Source: a virus
Taxonomy: Duplodnaviria; Heunggongvirae; Uroviricota; Caudoviricetes
Virus record (IMG/VR): IMGVR_UViG_3300029922_002860
Strand: one strand, 5' to 3'
DNA: 64,000 nucleotides
In this document: piece after piece, positions 61,920 to 64,000 of the stretch
How positions within the stretch are numbered: position 1 is the first letter of the stretch
Layout of the letters: the number at the start of each line of letters is the position of its first letter
Program-made: the position numbers and the translations under genes
The notes under the pieces: model-generated
Told to the model about the DNA's origin: nothing
Seen by the model: the letters and a program-made list of their open reading frames with translations, nothing else
The model's database searches: none

Positions 61920-61952
61920 GCCCCAAGATGGGGCGGTCGTGACGACCTGGAT

Positions 61953-63083
61953 CTATGCGACGCTCAAATTTAGGGTTCGCTCGGGAGCTACAGAGCCCTG
62001 CAATTTCACGAGTTCGGCAGAGAAGCCGTCGGCGTTGCTGCGCTCGCATGCTTCGGTGATCCGCAGGAGCACAAGCGCCGCATCCATCGTCGTGAGGCGC
62101 TCGTCAATTTCGCCTTGTTCGGCCAGAGCGAAGAATGCCTCGATCTCGTCAGCGACTCTGTTGTTCGCAGAGTTCGTGTCGCAGAGCACAGATTGGTCGG
62201 ACGCCCTGATGACCGTCAGGTGGTCGCAGCGCTTGCCGTCAGAGATCGCGTCAAACTGGATCTCGAAGAGGTACACGTCTCCGGCAGCCTGGAACGCGCC
62301 GTTCACGACGCGGTGCTGTGACACCCGCAGAAAAGAGCTGCGAAGCGTGGCGATGGTGTTCGGCATCCCCACGGGCTGAATTACTGACGAAACGCCCGAT
62401 GACGGGGATGCGGGAAAGAACGCGTCGGCGCTGCTCGCGAGGCTTTGACTGGCAATGTCCACATAGGGGACAAATCCGACGCGAGCAGAAATCGTGAGCC
62501 CGGAAGGGCGGTAAGGCCGGAGAAGATCGACGATGATCCCCATGCCGTGAACTGATTCGTCGGCCAAGGCCCCCGCTGTGGGGCGCTTGTCGCCTGTTCG
62601 GTTCTTACCCCATTCCACGTGGATCTCCCTGGGCTCGGCGTGGAAGCCGGACATCAGCGCCTTGAGTTGGGAAACGGACCGTGAGAACCGCATCAGGTAG
62701 GCTACGTGGATGGAGGATGACGGCACCATTTCGGCCTCCGCCTCCAGTTGCTCCGCCTCGCTGGCATTCAGCACCACCGGTTTCTCGACAAACATGCGCT
62801 TGCATCCCATGCGAAGCAGATCCCGGAGGTTCCCAAAATGTGCCGGCGTGTTCGAAAGGACAAAGGCAATGTCTGGGACGCACCCGGTCCCATCGAGGCT
62901 GCGGATAACTGTCGCCCCCGGGTAGTCACGCTGCAACCGAAGCACCTTTGCAGGGTCTAGCTCGACCAGAATCAAGGGCGCGCTAGTGTGGGAGCGAATC
63001 AGGGGGATGTAGGTTGCGGCCATGACGCCGCCGGCGCCGACGATCACCACGGGCGTTTGCTTGTCGGTAGAGGATGCGTTCAT
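61953..63083 (-). CDS. Gfo/Idh/MocA-family NAD(P)-dependent oxidoreductase
   Basis: Rossmann N-terminus PVVIVGAGGVMAATYIPLI and an EKP motif. Start at an internal Met; the upstream Arg/Gly-rich extension was rejected. Confidence 0.55.
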   Translation of the reverse strand: MNASSTDKQTPVVIVGAGGVMAATYIPLIRSHTSAPLILVELDPAKVLRLQRDYPGATVIRSLDGTGCVPDIAFVLSNTPAHFGNLRDLLRMGCKRMFVEKPVVLNASEAEQLEAEAEMVPSSSIHVAYLMRFSRSVSQLKALMSGFHAEPREIHVEWGKNRTGDKRPTAGALADESVHGMGIIVDLLRPYRPSGLTISARVGFVPYVDIASQSLASSADAFFPASPSSGVSSVIQPVGMPNTIATLRSSFLRVSQHRVVNGAFQAAGDVYLFEIQFDAISDGKRCDHLTVIRASDQSVLCDTNSANNRVADEIEAFFALAEQGEIDERLTTMDAALVLLRITEACERSNADGFSAELVKLQGSVAPERTLNLSVA

Positions 63084-63094
63084 GGCGAAAGTTC

Positions 63095-64000
63095 CTAGGC
63101 GTGCGGAACGGCCTCGGGGGCGGGCTCGGATTCGGCTTCGGCGACCCTGTCGGGAATTTGTGCAGGCGCTCCGGACTCGTGGTGGGCAGCCTTCGGGTGG
63201 TGTCGCTGCTGAAGTTCCATGTCGATGGGGACGGTTCCCAGAGCCTCCTCCATGGAGGTAAGCCCCATCTTCACCTTGAGCATCGAGTCCTGGTGGAGCG
63301 TCTTCATTCCGTTGCGCATGCAGATCCCCTTTAACGTGGCCGTGTCCGCTTCTTTGTTGATCGCCGAGGTCAGTTCCTCGCTTGCCGTTAGCAACTCGTG
63401 GATGCCCACGCGCCCCTTGTAGCCGGACGAACCGCAAGCGGGGCAGCCTTTTGCCCGCGCCTTGAACACCTTGCCGGACCACCCAACCGCCCGCTCCATG
63501 ATTTGCGCCGCATTGCCTTCGAGCTGGACCTCCTCCTTGCACACCTTGCAGAGACGGCGCATGAGGCGCTGGGAACAGACGCAGATGAGAGATGAGGAGA
63601 TCATGAACGGCTCAATCCCCATGTCCGTAAGGCGGGCCACCGTGCTCGGGGCGTCGTTCGTGTGAAGCGTCGAGAGGAGCAAGTGCCCCGTGAGAGCCGC
63701 CTCGATGGCGATGCCCGCGGTCTCCTGGTCGCGGATCTCACCCACAAGAATCACGTCGGGGTCCTGTCGCAGGAAGGCGCGCAAGGCGCTGGCGAAGGTG
63801 AGGCCGATCTGCCGATGCATCTGCATCTGGTCCAGATTGGGGAGCGTGTACTCGATGGGGTCCTCGGCGGTGCGGATCACCATGTCCGGTGTGTTGATTT
63901 CGCCGAGGGCCGAGTAAAGCGTCATCGACTTGCCGGAGCCAGTAGGCCCGCAATGAAGAATCATCCCGTAAGGCTGGCGGATGCAGTCACGGTATGTGGC
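63095..64000 (-). CDS. GspE/PilB-family type II/IV secretion ATPase, C-terminal part (start beyond window end)
   Basis: Walker [10 protein letters not shown], Asp box, His box (TLHTND) and a C-terminal Zn-binding CxxC pair. Confidence 0.8.
   Translation of the reverse strand, partial: ATYRDCIRQPYGMILHCGPTGSGKSMTLYSALGEINTPDMVIRTAEDPIEYTLPNLDQMQMHRQIGLTFASALRAFLRQDPDVILVGEIRDQETAGIAIEAALTGHLLLSTLHTNDAPSTVARLTDMGIEPFMISSSLICVCSQRLMRRLCKVCKEEVQLEGNAAQIMERAVGWSGKVFKARAKGCPACGSSGYKGRVGIHELLTASEELTSAINKEADTATLKGICMRNGMKTLHQDSMLKVKMGLTSMEEALGTVPIDMELQQRHHPKAAHHESGAPAQIPDRVAEAESEPAPEAVPHA

Noticed and set aside
63084-63542. N-terminal 153 codons of ORF 61953..63542
   Set aside because: Gly/Arg-rich with no domain and overlaps the GspE-like gene. 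The Rossmann N-terminus begins at the internal Met (63083).
1-64000. CRISPR arrays and rRNA genes
   Set aside because: No regularly spaced repeat-spacer structure and no rRNA-like conserved blocks were seen. The repeats present are iterons or operators of 11-22 bp without spacer periodicity.

Overview
This is a high-GC (roughly 60%), gene-dense 64-kb window. Most real genes are on the minus strand, with short intergenic gaps and several overlapping stop/start junctions. The coding track reads as a replication and regulation backbone of a large autonomous mobile replicon (huge phage, phage-plasmid or megaplasmid-like) rather than ordinary chromosome. It carries a DnaE-type DNA polymerase III alpha subunit, a partial ribonucleotide-reductase N-terminus, a RecJ-like exonuclease, ParA, a Rep-like gene flanked by iterons, a PIN-PhoH ATPase, an HNH endonuclease, three sigma-70-family sigma factors, two hybrid sensor kinase/response-regulator proteins, a MoxR-AAA/vWA pair, a radical-SAM/ParB-nuclease operon, pilin/PilT/GspE-like components, and about 43 tRNA genes in a 6-kb minus-strand array. 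The tRNA array is interrupted by small protein genes, one plus-strand ImmA/IrrE-like peptidase gene, one tRNA-like locus with a roughly 70-nt insertion, and one tRNA 3' fragment. The most striking unexplained signal is a short conserved motif, CCCCATAATT(A) or (G)CCATCTTGG on the coding strand, sitting 0 to about 25 nt upstream of the start codon of roughly 45 genes on both strands and immediately upstream of several tRNAs. It looks like an element-specific promoter or leader signal producing leaderless or very short-leader transcripts. No rRNA or CRISPR array was seen. Coordinates of tRNAs and small features are hand-derived and approximate to about +-3 nt.
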